Origin: the human T2T-CHM13v2.0 reference genome, Homo sapiens
Assembly (NCBI RefSeq): GCF_009914755.1
Contig: NC_060927.1
Length of the DNA: 64,000 nt
Reading direction: 5' to 3' (one strand)
Program-made: the position numbers and the translations under genes
Shown: positions 55,400-64,000 of the stretch, one piece after another
Layout of the letters: every line of letters starts with the position of its first letter
How positions within the stretch are numbered: the stretch's first letter is position 1
The notes under the pieces: generated by a model
What the model was told of the DNA's origin: nothing
Databases searched by the model: none
Seen by the model: the letters and a program-made list of their open reading frames with translations, nothing else

Positions 55400-57200
55400 A
55401 GTGCACAGGGCTCCCCGCGGGACGGAGACAGGGAGTTGGGAGGAAACGCAACGCGCCTCCCAGGCAACAGACTCCGAGCTCCGGTTCGGAAACGCTCCGA
55501 GGCAGAAGCAAGGGCTTCTAAGGGCTCCGCTTCCCAGCTTTGGGTCCCTACTACTACCTTCCCCCTAGACTCGGTGAGCCCAGGCTGATGGACCGTGCAG
55601 TCCAGTTTGAGCCAGCCCAGCAGCCCTCAATCGGGCGGGCAGGGAAGAAGGCCTCCTACTGCCGGGAAGAGGCCAGCGCGCTCCAAGTTCCCCGCAAATT
55701 CCGCCCTTCCCGCCTGGCACGGTTCCCTTGCACCGCTGTGCTCCGCTCCCAGGCTTCTGCCCGCCAAGAATGCTTGCCCCGGGGGCGCGCTCGCTGGTCA
55801 GGAACCTGTCGGCAGCCCCCGGGAACCCCTGAGGATGCGGAGGTGGGCCCGAGAGCTGCGGCTTCGATGCCGGGGTGGGAGCTAGGCAGGCCGCGCGCCG
55901 CCGCAGTCCTGTCGCAGCGCGTGCCCTGGTCCCTCCGGACCGAAAAGGCCGAAGCCGTCCCCCGCGACCGACCCCGCGCAACTGGCTCGGGTCTGCACCT
56001 AGATGGCTGTGGGCCCCACAGGGATGGCCGGGCGGGCCCGTTCGGCCGCTACCTCAGGGTCGCCAGTCCCCGCGCGCGGCCGCCTCCCGCCAGGAAGGGT
56101 GGCGGGCCCGGAAGGCCAGAGATGCCCCAGTGCTTCCCGCGCCGCTACGCACCTAGCTGCCCGCGGGTCCCACATGGCTGCGGCCGGAGGGTCCGCACCA
56201 GGACCGCCGCCGCCTGGGGAAGCGCTTCCCTGTGGGCAGGGCGCGGCGGGCAGTGCGGAAGCCCGAAAGCTACCGGAGCCCGGGGCAGGGGCGGCGCGAT
56301 GCAGAGGCGGCGTTCGGGGGCCCCCAGCTGCCTGCGGCTCGGCTACCCAGCCGCGATCAGAGGGGGCGGGGGACGCAGGAACCCCGGCGTCCGGGCGGTG
56401 TGCAGCCGCAGACCTATTCCAAGTTTCCACGTAGTTGCGAGAGCCCAAAAACTGTCACGTGCACGTCGCTGCTGAGTGGGAGGAGGTGTTTGTCATCGCG
56501 TTCAAAAGGGGCGTTTCGGTGTCTCCCGTCATGCAAGCAAATGGTATGGCTCTCGGCCGCCTTTGAATAAACGAGTGCTTCGAACCCTTTACCAGGAGGG
56601 ACTAGGCGCACAACCACCTCCGACACTCCTCGGGCATGCGAGAATTCGGCTTTCCTTAGTGGGGCCCATCAATGTTGTCCGGGAGGTAAAGAAAGTGATC
56701 GGCCAACGGCCTCAGCGTGGGTTTTCTCCTTCCCTCGTTCCTCCCTCCAACAAAGGACGTACGGAGAACAAGCCCCCTAGCTCCTACAGATGAGGAGCTC
56801 AGGAGTTGGGCGAATATCAAGTACTTACTGTGTGCTTGCCCCTCCACTCTGGGGAGGCTGGGGGTCTGGGAGTGAAGGGGGCAGCGAGACCGCGGGCTGC
56901 TCCACGCTCACCGTCGTGTCCATGGAGAGTAAGTGCGCACAGGCCTGAGCAGGCAACCAAATGAGGATCTTGCCTTGTCTTTCCACCTCCCCAGTGATGA
57001 TCGACAGAGTAGTGGGTCGGAGAGGACCACCTCTGGCTGCTACCTCCCCAGCGGTTCTCGGCCTAGGGAGCCGGTTTGGTCTTCACAGCTTCTCTGGGCC
57101 TGGGAGTACTTTCCTACACACCAGAGAATCCACCCAATCAGAGAGCTAAGCCCGCCGCCCTCCCCTGGGGCAAGGTTCGGCCTACACTGCATCCCGGTGG
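55400..57200 (-). promoter_or_regulatory. TRANK1: CpG island / TRANK1 promoter and 5' UTR
   Basis: Very high GC and CpG density compared with the CpG-depleted flanks; GC box gggggcgggg near 56362; E-box CACGTG 56456-56461; CCAAT 57134; contains the start codon. Confidence 0.9.
56153..56175 (-). CDS. TRANK1: TRANK1 coding exon 1 (MWDPRAA-R)
   Basis: gcagccATG TGG GAC CCG CGG GCA GCT AG|gtgcgt inside the CpG island; phase 2 matches the acceptors at 19815 and 14636; peptide recognised as the TRANK1 N-terminus. Confidence 0.93.
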
Positions 57201-57600
57201 TTCGCCCATCCTTCTGGGGGACCACCACACCAGGCTGCCTGGTGGCAGGGAGGACACCACCAGAGCTTTAGTGAGGGGGACCACACATTTCAGCGAAACA
57301 GAGAGGCTTTGGTAACACGTGGACACACCTAAGGCACACAGTATACTTCTCTCCACTGGTCATTCTGCGTTGTGAACTAGTCTCAGTCTAGCTAGTGGTC
57401 TCCTTGCTTCTAGAATCTCACAGAGATTTCTGTGCATTGATCTTCCCCAAACATCAGGATGAATCACGTACAGTTCAAAAGCCATCAGTGGCACTCCATT
57501 GTCTCCTAGAGATCAGGTTAGGTACCCGGGCATTTGAGATTCTTCTTCACAATCTTGCCCCACATTTCCAATCTTAGCTTCCTCATGCAAACTCTATACT

Positions 57601-58170
<570 letters not shown>

Positions 58171-58329
58171 CTAGCCACCAAATAGTTGGACTACTTGCTA
58201 TTTCCCAGACATCATTGGTCCTTTCACTTTTAGGATACTTTCCATATCCTTCCTCCAATACTTTTCCCAACATCCCCCAATTCTATATTTAGGAAAGCAC
58301 ATGCCACCTCTTCTAGCATACCTCTTTCT

Positions 58330-58505
58330 GTTGGTGATTTTTGGGTTTGTTCAGTTTGGGTTTTGGTTTGGTTTGGTTTTGGTTTGGGGTTTTTTGGTTG
58401 CGGGGTATTTTTTGGTTTCGGAGATATTTTTGGTTTTGGGGTTTTTTGTTTTTCTTTTTGTTTTGGGGGGTTATTTTGTTTTGTTGTTGTTGTTGTTGTT
58501 ATTTT
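58330..58505 (+). repeat. T/G-rich low-complexity tract (TTTGG)n/(TTG)n
   Basis: Direct read. Confidence 0.85.
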
Positions 58506-58814
58506 TGCCAACTTCAAGGAGTCTACTTCCAGAAAGCCTAGCCAGGTTCTTACATCAAAGAGAGCAAGCCAAGGGATTGGTGAAGAGAGGAGGATTTAAA
58601 AAAACCAAAAAGTCCGTTTACACTTTGACCACTCTTTCACTAGTTTTCATAAGCATCTCAAAATCTTGTTGTCATACATCTTCTTTGGATATCTTCACCA
58701 TAATCCTCAAAAGTCACGTCAGTATGTTATCTTTCTTTTTAAAACTGTTTCTTCTCTGTCTTCTATTTTTATATTTTTATCAGTTATACATTCACAGTTA
58801 AAAGAGCAGGCCTC

Positions 58815-62620
<3,806 letters not shown>

Positions 62621-62857
62621 CAAAAAGTGGGAGCCCATGTAGTCAGTGATTATCGATGGAGCAAAAAAACACTAGGAGAAAGGATAGATCTGGCCAAGGT
62701 TTTTTTAAATCTCATTTACCAATCCCAACATCATTAAAAGTGGGACAGCCAGATTTTATGTGCCTCCTGATGTGATGCAAAAGGAAGTACACAGCAACAC
62801 GAGTGAAGAACTTTTACCCAAAAATATTGAATCTGAATTTAAGCAAGCCTCTAAACT

Positions 62858-63692
<835 letters not shown>

Positions 63693-64000
63693 TCTCGATC
63701 TACCAGTTCTAATTTTTGTATTTTTAGTAGAGATGGGGTTTCACCATGTTGGCCAGGCTGATCTCGAACTTCTGGCCTCAAGTCATCTGTCTGCCTCTGC
63801 CTCCCAAAATGCTGGAATTACAGTCATGAGCCATTGTGCCCGGCCCATTTCCCACTTTTCTAATAGCTTTCCAGCTTCCAGGCTTTTGTTGCTGTTGCCT
63901 TCTCTCGTGTTCTTCCTCTCCGTATGCCTTTTAACAATTTAGTGGGGTTTCAGGAGGGAGAAAAAACAAATACTTGTTTTCAATTCACCATAGTCCTACA

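Noticed and set aside
55540-56475. 311-aa plus-strand ORF and overlapping ORFs in the CpG island
   Set aside because: Arg/Pro/Ala/Gly-rich, no recognisable domain, non-ATG start; stop-codon scarcity is expected at this GC content
58230-58801. Hydrophobic membrane-protein-like ORFs
   Set aside because: Derived from the T/G low-complexity tract

Overview
Primate (very probably human) genomic DNA. It carries the 5' part of TRANK1 (TPR and ankyrin repeat-containing protein 1) on the minus strand. I reconstructed eight coding exons by hand from GT/AG boundaries and phase: 56153-56175, 19684-19815 (a frame-preserving cassette the ORF track misses), 14510-14636, 10457-10607, 6988-7106, 4249-4332, 3550-3688 and 1177-1308. 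They splice into one open frame (MWDPRAAR-[MDLTAY...YQWG]-VPPRDL...GYLVK) that continues beyond the left edge. A CpG-island promoter lies at about 55.4-57.2 kb. The rest is intronic or upstream sequence with roughly 50 Alus, old L1 fragments, DNA transposons and solo LTRs (two LTR10-family, MER34-like, LTR16, MLT1). A decayed two-LTR class I ERV (tRNA-Ile PBS) sits inside a MER3. I found no prokaryote-type system, CRISPR array or RNA gene. The best leads are regulatory: an ISRE/IRF cluster beside cassette exon 2, which has its own strong-context ATG; LTR10 elements carrying p53 and AP-1 motifs; a candidate upstream first exon; and a long GGAA microsatellite. Repeat subfamily names are from recall of consensus sequences and need RepeatMasker/Dfam confirmation.
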